Source: Candidatus Aminicenantes bacterium (lineage in GTDB: Bacteria; Acidobacteriota; Aminicenantia; Aminicenantales; Aminicenantaceae). Taken from it: a DNA stretch of 38,087 bases. Below are positions 7,942 to 15,742 of the stretch, one piece after another. The DNA is taken from NCBI GenBank assembly GCA_030671065.1, contig DAOVAM010000003.1, forward strand, positions 1 to 38,087. Direction: 5' to 3'. The notes beneath the pieces were generated by a model. That model had not been told where the DNA came from. It was given only the letters and a program-made list of their open reading frames with translations, and searched no databases. The translations under genes and the position numbers were made by a program. Positions within the stretch are counted from its first letter, which is position 1. Every line of letters begins with the position of its first letter.

Positions 7942-9945
7942 ATGAGCAACGGTTCCTACAAACCTTATGTGCCCCCGGAACAATCCATGAAAGAAATATC
8001 CTTTAAGGCAATTTTCTTAGGGATCATTATGGCCATTGTCCTGGGCGCTGCGAATGCCTATTTAGGTCTTCTTGTCGGGATGACAGTCGCTGCCACTTTC
8101 CCTGCGGCAGTCATTGCCATGGCCGTTCTTCGTCCGCTCAAGGGAACAATTCTTGAAGAAAACCTGGCAAGAACAACCGGAGCCGTCGGAGAAGCCCTGG
8201 CTGCCGGAGCTATCTTCACTATCCCTGCTTTTCTTCTTGTGCGAATAGATGGTCAACCCCTTTGGGAAAAATTCGATCTCTTCAAATCTTCCCTGCTCAT
8301 GCTCGTTGGAGGAATCCTCGGAGTTCTGCTCATCATACTTGTTCGCCGCACTCTCGTAGAGGATGCCAATCTTCCTTTTCCAGAAAGTACAGCCTGCGCA
8401 GCGATGGTCAAGACCGGACAGAAGGGCGGTTCACAAGCCGCTTACATGTTCTATGCCATGGGATTAGGAGGCCTCGTAGAATTCTTCACTAACTCCAGCG
8501 GAATTCAATTCATCAAGCCCTATGCTCAAAAAGTGTTCAGTATTCCTGGCCTCTCTCGCATCACCTATCTCAACAGTGATAATGTGGAAATCGCAAAAAC
8601 TGGTTCGATCAAAGGAAGAATGTTCATAGAAACGCCAGCCGTAAACGCGGCTATGGCGGGAGTCGGATACATCATCGGACCCAAGCTGGCCGCCCTCACT
8701 TTTTCCGGCGGCGTGCTGGGATGGCTTTTCCTGATGCCCATTCTTCTTTTCATCAGTGGAGATTTGAGTGAAGTTGTATCTGGTTTTGATGGAAACTGGA
8801 CAGATATGGCCGTCTCTGCGTATAACTCCCAGGTCAAACCTATTGCCGTCGGAGCTATGCTCGTGGGTGCCTTCTACACACTTTTTAAAATGCGAAAAAG
8901 TCTCGTCACAGGAATCGGCCGTTCTTTCGCTGATGTAAAAAAAGGGAGTGCAGGCGGCCAATCAGAAACGATCCGAACCGATAAAGACCTGCCTTTCCCT
9001 TCTATCATCATCGCCATTGTTGCTCTGATCATCCCGATGGTCTTTCTCTACAACGTGTTCACGAAAAGCATCGGACCATCTCTCGTGGCAACCCTAGTCA
9101 TGATCGTCATGGGCCTCCTTTTTGCGGCTGTAGCCGGCTACCTCGTGGGTATCATCGGCTCCTCTTCCAACCCGATCTCTGGTCTAACTCTCACCTCCCT
9201 GCTCATCGCAGCCCTGATGATGGTTCTGATGGGACAAAGGGGAGCCTCAGGAATCGCGGCTGTTATAGGTGTGGCTGCGATTGTCTGCTGTGTGGCTGGT
9301 GTAGCCGGAGACATGATCCAGGACTGGAAAGTCGGGCATATTCTCGGTGGAACTCCCTGGCGCATGCAGATCGGCGGAATGATCGGTGTTGTCGCAGCAG
9401 CCTTAACGTTGACTTTCGCCCTTCAACTTTTTCACAGCACGAAAGGTATCGGGAGTGATGCTCTCCCAGCACCCCAAGCTAATTTGATGGCCATGATGGC
9501 TCAGGGAATAGTCGGAGGAGAGATGGCCTGGCCGCTAGTTATTGCAGGAATGCTCCTGGGCGTCGGACTTATCCTTATCGGATCCCCCTCCCCTATGATC
9601 ATAGCTGTAGGAATGTACCTCCCTTTTAGAGCGACAGCCTGCATCTTTTTTGGAGGAGTCATAAAATACTTCCTGGATAGAGCCGTTGCTAAGAAAAAAC
9701 CCACCGGAAAAGGGAAAGAGGTGGTCGAAAACATTGGACTTCTGATTGCCTCTGGACTGATTGCCGGCACGGCTCTGATGGGAATCATGACTTCTGGCAT
9801 CGAGGCCTTAAAAGAGACGATAAAGCTTCCAAAAGTCCAGGGGAGTGAATGGTTGGGTCTTTTGGTTTTCTTCATCCTCGGATTCATCCTGATCTATTTC
9901 CCTTACAAGAAAATGATAGCCTCCGGTGAACACGGAGCTTCATAA
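7942..9945 (+). CDS. OPT-family oligopeptide transporter (YSL-like bacterial clade)
   Basis: Highly hydrophobic, 667 aa; ANAYLGLLVG, ILEEN, LPFPES.AC, GSSSNPISG, QDWKVGH, LPAPQA and AVGMYLP motifs typical of OPT. Confidence 0.93.
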   Translation: MSNGSYKPYVPPEQSMKEISFKAIFLGIIMAIVLGAANAYLGLLVGMTVAATFPAAVIAMAVLRPLKGTILEENLARTTGAVGEALAAGAIFTIPAFLLVRIDGQPLWEKFDLFKSSLLMLVGGILGVLLIILVRRTLVEDANLPFPESTACAAMVKTGQKGGSQAAYMFYAMGLGGLVEFFTNSSGIQFIKPYAQKVFSIPGLSRITYLNSDNVEIAKTGSIKGRMFIETPAVNAAMAGVGYIIGPKLAALTFSGGVLGWLFLMPILLFISGDLSEVVSGFDGNWTDMAVSAYNSQVKPIAVGAMLVGAFYTLFKMRKSLVTGIGRSFADVKKGSAGGQSETIRTDKDLPFPSIIIAIVALIIPMVFLYNVFTKSIGPSLVATLVMIVMGLLFAAVAGYLVGIIGSSSNPISGLTLTSLLIAALMMVLMGQRGASGIAAVIGVAAIVCCVAGVAGDMIQDWKVGHILGGTPWRMQIGGMIGVVAAALTLTFALQLFHSTKGIGSDALPAPQANLMAMMAQGIVGGEMAWPLVIAGMLLGVGLILIGSPSPMIIAVGMYLPFRATACIFFGGVIKYFLDRAVAKKKPTGKGKEVVENIGLLIASGLIAGTALMGIMTSGIEALKETIKLPKVQGSEWLGLLVFFILGFILIYFPYKKMIASGEHGAS

Positions 9946-9997
9946 GGAGAGCACAAAAAAGGAGCACATCGTCAACATACGCTGAAGCCAGTCTATT

Positions 9998-10354
9998 GTG
10001 AAAAAAAGAGGCAAAGAAAAACAACAAATCAACCTGCTTGAACTCATTCCCGTAAAAAATTTAGATTGGGAAAAACAAGACGATGGAATAATCGTCCTTC
10101 TCAAGCCCAAATTCAAACACCCTTTCCTTAAAAAACACGTCCTTTCCCGTTTAAAGAGGCCCTTTTACAGAGTAAAGCTTGATGATGTGGGAAGTTTCAT
10201 CTGGGAGCAGTGTGACGGCAAAACACCTGTGAAACATGTAGCACAGAGTTTAAAGGAAGAATTTGGGGAAAAGATTGAACCTCTGCATGACCGTCTGGCC
10301 CTTTTTCTCCAGCATTTAGAGAGGAACCATTTCATAGTATTCAAAGGCCTTTAA
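9998..10354 (+). CDS. PqqD-family protein (RiPP recognition element-like fold)
   Basis: VKLDDVGSFIWEQCDGKTPVKHVAQSLKEEF...LALFLQHLERNHFI fits the PqqD pattern L[ND]xxGxFIWxxxDGxxxxxxI...FLxxL; GTG start. Confidence 0.82.
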   Translation: MKKRGKEKQQINLLELIPVKNLDWEKQDDGIIVLLKPKFKHPFLKKHVLSRLKRPFYRVKLDDVGSFIWEQCDGKTPVKHVAQSLKEEFGEKIEPLHDRLALFLQHLERNHFIVFKGL

Positions 10355-10366
10355 AAAAGCAAAACG

Positions 10367-10387
10367 TAAAATGGGGACGTTCCCCAT
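10367..10387 (-). terminator. Rho-independent terminator-like hairpin closing the candidate ncRNA (may also act on the converging OPT-PqqD transcript)
   Basis: Minus strand ATGGGGA-ACG-TCCCCAT followed by a T-rich tail (TTTACGTTTTGCTTTTTT). Confidence 0.5.
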
Positions 10388-10595
10388 GGAAGCATTTCCA
10401 AAACCGTGATAAAGAAGCAGTCAGGCAAGCTAATACGTCAGCCCGCTGGTTTTCCCCAGCGATGAAAATCCGCTTATTCCTCGGCTCGCTCTCCTCTTCG
10501 AGGAACCATGCCCGCTCGCCTCCGGATGACTTCCTCATCAGCTTTCCCGACTGCTTTAAGACCATCACGGATTTGGAAATGCTTACGCTCCCCAT
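10371..10595 (-). ncRNA. Candidate structured non-coding RNA (long closing stem plus multibranch core); family unassigned, 6S-like in size
   Basis: ~45-nt imperfect inverted repeat (10390-10435 with 10536-10584) in which three non-canonical positions are G-U on the minus strand; internal helices CGCTGG/CCAGCG, TTCCTCG/CGAGGAA, TCCG/CGGA and GTCA/TGAC. Confidence 0.55.
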
Positions 10596-10602
10596 ATGCG
10601 TA

Positions 10603-10631
10603 TTGAACAATCCATCCATTTCTTTTAGAAT
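10603..10631 (+). promoter_or_regulatory. sigma70 promoter of def-fmt
   Basis: TTGAAC-N17-TAGAAT. Confidence 0.55.
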
Positions 10632-10653
10632 AGAATCCTAACTTTTGAATACA

Positions 10654-11169
10654 GTGCCTATACTCGAAATTATCACATACGGAAATCCAGTCCTCGTTCA
10701 AAGAGCCGAGGAAATAAAAAAAATTGACAAAACGATCATAGAGCTGGCTCAGAACATGGTTCAAACCATGCATGCCACTCCTGGCATAGGGCTTGCCGCC
10801 CCTCAAGTCAATGTGAGTAGAAGACTTATAACGATTGACCTATCCGTGGGAGAGAATAACGAAGACCTGATCATACTCATAAATCCCGAACTCATAAACC
10901 AAGAAGGAGAGATCATTCTCGAAGAAGGCTGTTTGTCTGTCCCGGAAATCAACGAAAAAGTGACCCGGCCTACTCGGGTTGTCGTCAAAGGGATGGATTT
11001 AGAAGGAAAAGAAATAATGATCGAAGCGGAAGGATCTCTGGCAAGAGTTTTTTGCCATGAAATCGATCATTTGAACGGAAAATTGTTTTTCGAAAGACTG
11101 TCTCCTCTCAAACAAAGTTTGATCAAGAAGAAACTGAGAAAAAGGGCTCAAGCCGGTAAGGTTGAATGA
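10654..11169 (+). CDS. def: Peptide deformylase
   Basis: GIGLAAPQ, EGCLS and HEIDH motifs; start GTG 10654 (alternative TTG 10645). Confidence 0.96.
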   Translation: MPILEIITYGNPVLVQRAEEIKKIDKTIIELAQNMVQTMHATPGIGLAAPQVNVSRRLITIDLSVGENNEDLIILINPELINQEGEIILEEGCLSVPEINEKVTRPTRVVVKGMDLEGKEIMIEAEGSLARVFCHEIDHLNGKLFFERLSPLKQSLIKKKLRKRAQAGKVE

Positions 11170-12101
11170 GAATTGTCTTCTTTGGCAGTCCTGGTTCGGC
11201 TCTTCCTTCCTTAAAAAAAATCTTGGATACAGGCCATAGAATCGAACTCCTCATCTCTCAACCCGATAAGCCGACTGGACGAGGAAAAAAACTCATGCCC
11301 TGTCCTGTCAAAAAGATGGCCCTTGACTTGGGCATTCCTGTTTTTCAGCCCTCCAGGATCAAAACGGATGCCGAAACGCTGGATAAACTCAAAGACATTC
11401 AACCAGACTTAAACGTCGTGGTTGCCTACGGTCAGATCATTCCCTCTTCGATCATCTATCTGCCAAAGTATAACTCTTTGAATGTCCACTTCTCCCTCCT
11501 GCCTAAATACAGAGGAGCTTCCCCAGTCCAATGGGCTCTCTTGAACGGCGAGGAAAAAACGGGCATCACCATTTTTGAGCTCAACGAAAAAATGGATGAA
11601 GGGGATATCTTGACTCAAGAGGAAACCACAATCCTGCCTGACGAGAGTGCGGCAGAGTTAGAAGCCCGCTTGGCTCAAACAGGAGCAGAACTCCTGATAA
11701 AAACTATTGCTGAGATCAAAAAAATCAAACCAGCGAAACAAGACCATACTCTAGCCACATTCGCTCCTAAACTCAGCAAGGCTGACGGTCGAATCGATTG
11801 GACAAAAGATTCACTTTACATACAGAGGAAATTGAGGGCCTTCAATCCATGGCCTTCCACTTACGTCTTCTTCGGAGAAAAAAGGATAAAAATCCATAAA
11901 GGGAAAAAAATAGAAGGGCAAGCTCTTTCGTCCTCTTCTCCTGGTGAAATACTCAAAATTCAGAAGGATGGAATACAAGTCTGCTGTGGAGAGCAACGCC
12001 TGTTTCTCATCGAGAGAGTTCAACCTGAAAACAGGAATATTATGGATGCGTATGCCTTTTCTTTAGGGGAAAGGATAGTACCCGGGGATAAATTTACTTA
12101 A
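11166..12101 (+). CDS. fmt: Methionyl-tRNA formyltransferase
   Basis: MRIVFFGS, QPDKPTGRG, VVAYG and NVHFSLLPKYRGASP motifs; ATGA overlap with def. Confidence 0.97.
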   Translation: MRIVFFGSPGSALPSLKKILDTGHRIELLISQPDKPTGRGKKLMPCPVKKMALDLGIPVFQPSRIKTDAETLDKLKDIQPDLNVVVAYGQIIPSSIIYLPKYNSLNVHFSLLPKYRGASPVQWALLNGEEKTGITIFELNEKMDEGDILTQEETTILPDESAAELEARLAQTGAELLIKTIAEIKKIKPAKQDHTLATFAPKLSKADGRIDWTKDSLYIQRKLRAFNPWPSTYVFFGEKRIKIHKGKKIEGQALSSSSPGEILKIQKDGIQVCCGEQRLFLIERVQPENRNIMDAYAFSLGERIVPGDKFT

Positions 12102-12115
12102 TTTCTCACTCAGGC

Positions 12116-13012
12116 TTACCATTCCACGATGTATTTTTCGGGATTGACAGCCTTTCCATTCAATCGAACCTCATAGTGCACATGAGGACCTATGGCCTTG
12201 CCTGTCTGTCCGACAAAGCCTATAACATCCCATCTTTTTACTTTCTGGCCGACCTTGACATTAAACTCGCTCATGTGGCAGTAAACAGTAGTCACTCCAC
12301 CTCCATGATTTAGAATAATCAGTTTTCCACCCGTATTTTCTGTTTTGATTTTGAGAACATATCCATCAGCAGTCGCAAAGATGGGGCTTCCATGACTAGC
12401 AGCCACATCAATACCGTAATGAAACTCTTGCTTTCTAGTAAAAGGATCGTTCCTTTTACCAAACGCAGATGACCAGTATCCATTTGTAGGCCAGATAGAT
12501 GGAGTAGTTCCCAGTAGGTAAGTTTTGTCCTCAAAAAAATTGACGAGCGTGTCAAGATTCTTTTCAACGCCCTGGGCTTTCTGTGAGATGCTCTCTGCTT
12601 TTCTCAGACCAGAGTCTTGAGGAACAGTTTGAGGATTCAGAGCTTGATCATCACCTCTCCCCCCTCCGCCAACTCCAAGCTCTCTCAAAACTTCAGGTGA
12701 TTTGAGCCCTGCCATCACATTGATTTTTTTGGCATAACTTTCAAAATTATCAATATCCTTTCTCAGCCTGTTCACTGCTATTTTGTACTGAGTGATGGTT
12801 TCTTTTTGCTGGGCATTCTCCTCAGTAAGGGCTTTATATTTTTGCCTTGTCACATTCATCGTGAAATAATCCACAAGGAACAGAGTGAAGAGAATCACGA
12901 TAAACGAGAGCACTCCCACTAAGATTTTCACCTTCTTCTCTGTGAAAGTGATTTTTTTGGATTCCCCCTTGCTGTGAGGGACGATTATGAACGAGTAATG
13001 CTTTTTAGCCAT
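12116..13012 (-). CDS. M23-family metallopeptidase (peptidoglycan DD-endopeptidase, MepM-like) with N-terminal TM helix and coiled coil
   Basis: PSIWP, HYGID (HxxxD) and GPHVHYEV (HxH) motifs. Confidence 0.92.
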   Translation of the reverse strand: MAKKHYSFIIVPHSKGESKKITFTEKKVKILVGVLSFIVILFTLFLVDYFTMNVTRQKYKALTEENAQQKETITQYKIAVNRLRKDIDNFESYAKKINVMAGLKSPEVLRELGVGGGGRGDDQALNPQTVPQDSGLRKAESISQKAQGVEKNLDTLVNFFEDKTYLLGTTPSIWPTNGYWSSAFGKRNDPFTRKQEFHYGIDVAASHGSPIFATADGYVLKIKTENTGGKLIILNHGGGVTTVYCHMSEFNVKVGQKVKRWDVIGFVGQTGKAIGPHVHYEVRLNGKAVNPEKYIVEW

Positions 13013-13068
13013 CGGACCTGTCCTTTAATATCATATTTAAAAAAACAAAGTCAAGTGGTTTATCCTGG

Positions 13069-13488
13069 TCATGTCATCTCTTTGACAGAAGCGGATTTAA
13101 CATTTTCTTGGATCCATCTCACGATATCTTCAGTGGAAGAGCCTGGTAAAAAAGTCTCAGCGACCCCAATTTTTTTAAGAAAAGGAATATCTTTATCCGG
13201 GATGACTCCCCCTGCGATCACGGTGATATCATCGGCTCCTTTCTCTTTGAGGAGTTCCATGACTTTTGGGAAAAGCACATTATGTGCGCCGGAAAGAATG
13301 CTCAAGCCGATGACATCCACATCCTCCTGAATGGCAGAACTGACAATCTCTTCTGGTGTTCGCCTCAATCCCGTATAAATCACCTCAAATCCTGCGTCTC
13401 TTAAAGATCGAGAGATCACCTTCGCCCCTCGATCATGGCCATCTAATCCTGGCTTTGCGACCAAGACTCTTATCTTCTTTTCTGCCAT
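13069..13488 (-). CDS. Cobalamin-binding small subunit of acyl-CoA mutase (IcmB/McmB-like)
   Basis: [10 protein letters not shown] (DxHxxG), GLSILSGAH and GGVIP motifs; start ATG 13488 (alternative GTG 13500). Confidence 0.93.
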   Translation of the reverse strand: MAEKKIRVLVAKPGLDGHDRGAKVISRSLRDAGFEVIYTGLRRTPEEIVSSAIQEDVDVIGLSILSGAHNVLFPKVMELLKEKGADDITVIAGGVIPDKDIPFLKKIGVAETFLPGSSTEDIVRWIQENVKSASVKEMT

Positions 13489-13506
13489 ACCTTTCTCCAC
13501 CTTACT

Positions 13507-15186
13507 CTAATACGTAATGGATTCCTTGTACTCACCATAGATGTCTTTTAAAGCGTCCATGATCTCTCCGAGAGTGGTATAGGTTTTGACACAGCCCAGT
13601 AAAAAAGGCATCAAATTCTGATCATCTTCAGCCGCTTTTTTCAGGTCGAGAAGCTGTGTTTTAACCTCCGAATGATTCCGTGCTTTTTTGACTTTTTTCA
13701 AACGATCAAGCTGTTGTTGGGCGACCGTATCCTTGATTTTTAGAGTCGGGATGGGCTCATGGTCCATCTCGAAAGCATTCACTCCAACGATAATCTTCTC
13801 CTTTTTCTCCACTGCCTTTTGATACCAGTAGGCACTGTCAGCAATCTCTTTCTGAGGAAAACCAAGTTCTATGGCCTTCACCATCCCTCCCATATCATCT
13901 ATTTTTTGTATATAATCCTTGGCCTCTTTTTCCATCTGTGCTGTTAACGCCTCGATGAAATATGAACCGCCCAGGGGATCAGCGCTATTGATGACACCGC
14001 TCTCATGGGCAATAACCTGTTGAGTTCTCAATGCAATCGTGACAGCGTCTTCAGACGGCAAGGCATATGTTTCATCGAGTGAATTTGTGTGGAGGGACTG
14101 AGTTCCTCCCAAAACCGCTGACAACGCCTGGAGTGCAACTCTTATAACATTGTTTTGGGGCTGCTGAGCCATCAAGGAAGCTCCGGAAGTCTGAGTGTGG
14201 AACCTCAACCACAAGGATCTTGGATTTTTCGCTTTGAATCTGTGCTTCATCACTTCAGCCCAAATCCTTCTTGCGGCTCTGAATTTGGCAATCTCCTCAA
14301 AGAAGTCATTGTGTGCGTTAAAAAAGAAGGACAGGCGGGGAACAAATTCATCGACATCGAGTCCCCTTTTTTGCGCCCATTCCACGTACTCAATCCCATC
14401 CCGTAGAGTGAAAGCCAATTCCTGAACCGCTGTGGAACCTGCCTCTCTGATATGATAACCAGAAATAGAAATCGTGTTCCACCTGGGTACTTCTTTAGCT
14501 CCGTATTCGAATGTATCCACGATCAGCTTCATAGAGGGTTTCGGGGGGAAAACGAAAGTCTTTTGAGCAATATATTCTTTTAAAATATCGTTTTGTATCG
14601 TGCCTGAAATCACTCTTGGAGAGACTCCCTGTTTCTCGGCAACTGCGATATACATGGCCCACAGTACAGCGGCAGGTGGATTGATAGTCATCGAAGTGGA
14701 TATTTTATCCAAAGGTATTTTGTCAAAAAGAATTTCCATATCGGCCAGAGAATCTATTGCAACGCCGCACTTCCCTATTTCTCCCTCAGCCAGAGGGTTG
14801 TCAGAATCAATCCCCATCAGAGTGGGAAGATGAAAAGCAACGCTCAAACCTGTTTGTCCGTGAGAGAGAAGATATTTGTACCTTTTGTTCGTGTCTTCAG
14901 CAGACCCAAAACCGGAAAACTGACGCATGGTCCACAAGCGTCCGCGGTACATGGTCGGATGGATGCCTCGGGTGTAAGGATATTCTCCAGGAAAACCCAG
15001 TTGGCTGGAATAATTGGAACCATCCAGATCGAGAGGGGTGTACAATTCATTAATCTTTTTCCCGGAAACAGTGGTGAATCCACCCTGTTCAGTAGAGACG
15101 TCATTCATGGCTTTTTCGTACCTCTCCTTCTTCCACTCAGAAAATGACTGTTTCGAAGGATCCCGTGAGGGAGAATTCTTCTTCAA
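13507..15186 (-). CDS. B12-dependent acyl-CoA mutase large subunit, isobutyryl-CoA-mutase-type specificity (IcmA-like)
   Basis: [19 protein letters not shown] (F90), [12 protein letters not shown] (Q208), GYHIREAG and [10 protein letters not shown] motifs; TTG start with GAGGTG RBS. Confidence 0.9.
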   Translation of the reverse strand: MKKNSPSRDPSKQSFSEWKKERYEKAMNDVSTEQGGFTTVSGKKINELYTPLDLDGSNYSSQLGFPGEYPYTRGIHPTMYRGRLWTMRQFSGFGSAEDTNKRYKYLLSHGQTGLSVAFHLPTLMGIDSDNPLAEGEIGKCGVAIDSLADMEILFDKIPLDKISTSMTINPPAAVLWAMYIAVAEKQGVSPRVISGTIQNDILKEYIAQKTFVFPPKPSMKLIVDTFEYGAKEVPRWNTISISGYHIREAGSTAVQELAFTLRDGIEYVEWAQKRGLDVDEFVPRLSFFFNAHNDFFEEIAKFRAARRIWAEVMKHRFKAKNPRSLWLRFHTQTSGASLMAQQPQNNVIRVALQALSAVLGGTQSLHTNSLDETYALPSEDAVTIALRTQQVIAHESGVINSADPLGGSYFIEALTAQMEKEAKDYIQKIDDMGGMVKAIELGFPQKEIADSAYWYQKAVEKKEKIIVGVNAFEMDHEPIPTLKIKDTVAQQQLDRLKKVKKARNHSEVKTQLLDLKKAAEDDQNLMPFLLGCVKTYTTLGEIMDALKDIYGEYKESITY

Positions 15187-15421
15187 GCGCGCTTCACCTC
15201 TATTGAGTAGAATTTCCTTCAGGCGTTACCCTATCCTGCCAAAGGGGCTAGATACAGTCAATCGCCTGATAAGGTGATATAAGGGGGTGATTTTTCACCT
15301 CGCCTTGTCACCTCAAAAGGGCATAATTTTTACGAAAACTCCTCCCCATGATTTTGCATTCATTCTCGTGTTTCAGGAGCTATTCTGGAAGAAAGGAGTT
15401 CTTTTTGCCAACTGCAGGCGC

Positions 15422-15679
15422 CTAATCTTCTGTGACCTTAAAAATCACGTCATTTTCTCTTACCGGGCTCTCAACTTTTATTCCAACTGGTTCACCTGGC
15501 TTGGCTACGTCTACGGGAGCGTGCTCTACCTGCATCGATTCCACTTTTTGATAAAAATCTGAAGTATGTCCTTTGATGCGAATAGTATCACCAACATGGA
15601 GTTCTCCTTTGGTTAACTCTAGAACCCCGACATTTACCTTGGAAAAATAATGACTGATTTTTCCGATCTCTTCCTCCAT
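15422..15679 (-). CDS. Small beta-barrel 'translation elongation factor-like' protein (EF-Tu domain 2 / U32 C-terminal-like)
   Basis: IGKISHYFSKVNVG...LHVGDTIRIKG..TSDFYQKVESMQ...VGIKV...VRENDVIFK; AAGGAGG RBS before ATG 15679. Confidence 0.8.
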   Translation of the reverse strand: MEEEIGKISHYFSKVNVGVLELTKGELHVGDTIRIKGHTSDFYQKVESMQVEHAPVDVAKPGEPVGIKVESPVRENDVIFKVTED

Positions 15680-15707
15680 CAAGGCCTCCTTCTGATTACT
15701 CAATTAA

Positions 15708-15736
15708 AAATTACCAAAATCAAGAGAATTTCGCAA
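15708..15736 (-). promoter_or_regulatory. Putative sigma70 promoter of the small EF-like gene
   Basis: TTGCGA-N17-TAATTT with an extended -10 TG. Confidence 0.45.
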
Positions 15737-15742
15737 GCGATT

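Noticed and set aside
9944-9970. Short duplicated AAGGAG(AG)CACA between OPT and PqqD as a precursor-peptide RBS
   Set aside because: No start codon at a suitable spacing and no room for a peptide ORF; probably a local duplication
1-10354. Radical SAM + PqqD + OPT as one RiPP biosynthetic cluster
   Set aside because: The radical SAM is of the TIGR03960 type with no evident SPASM domain, lies 7.7 kb away in the divergent Rod gene cluster, and no precursor peptide is evident
10371-10595. Calling the structured element tmRNA, RNase P, SRP RNA or a CRISPR array
   Set aside because: The GGGGA start and GAGGAAGTC resemble tmRNA and RNase P only superficially; there is no T-arm or CCA end, no P4 partner, no SRP helix-8 motif and no repeat-spacer periodicity
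10341-10806. ORFs 10341..10619 (-, 92 aa) and 10474..10806 (-, 110 aa)
   Set aside because: No recognisable motifs; they overlap the PqqD gene or def, and the region is better explained by RNA structure
15187-15421. Cobalamin riboswitch upstream of the B12 mutase
   Set aside because: No B12-box or GGGAA...GCCACTG-type motifs recognised
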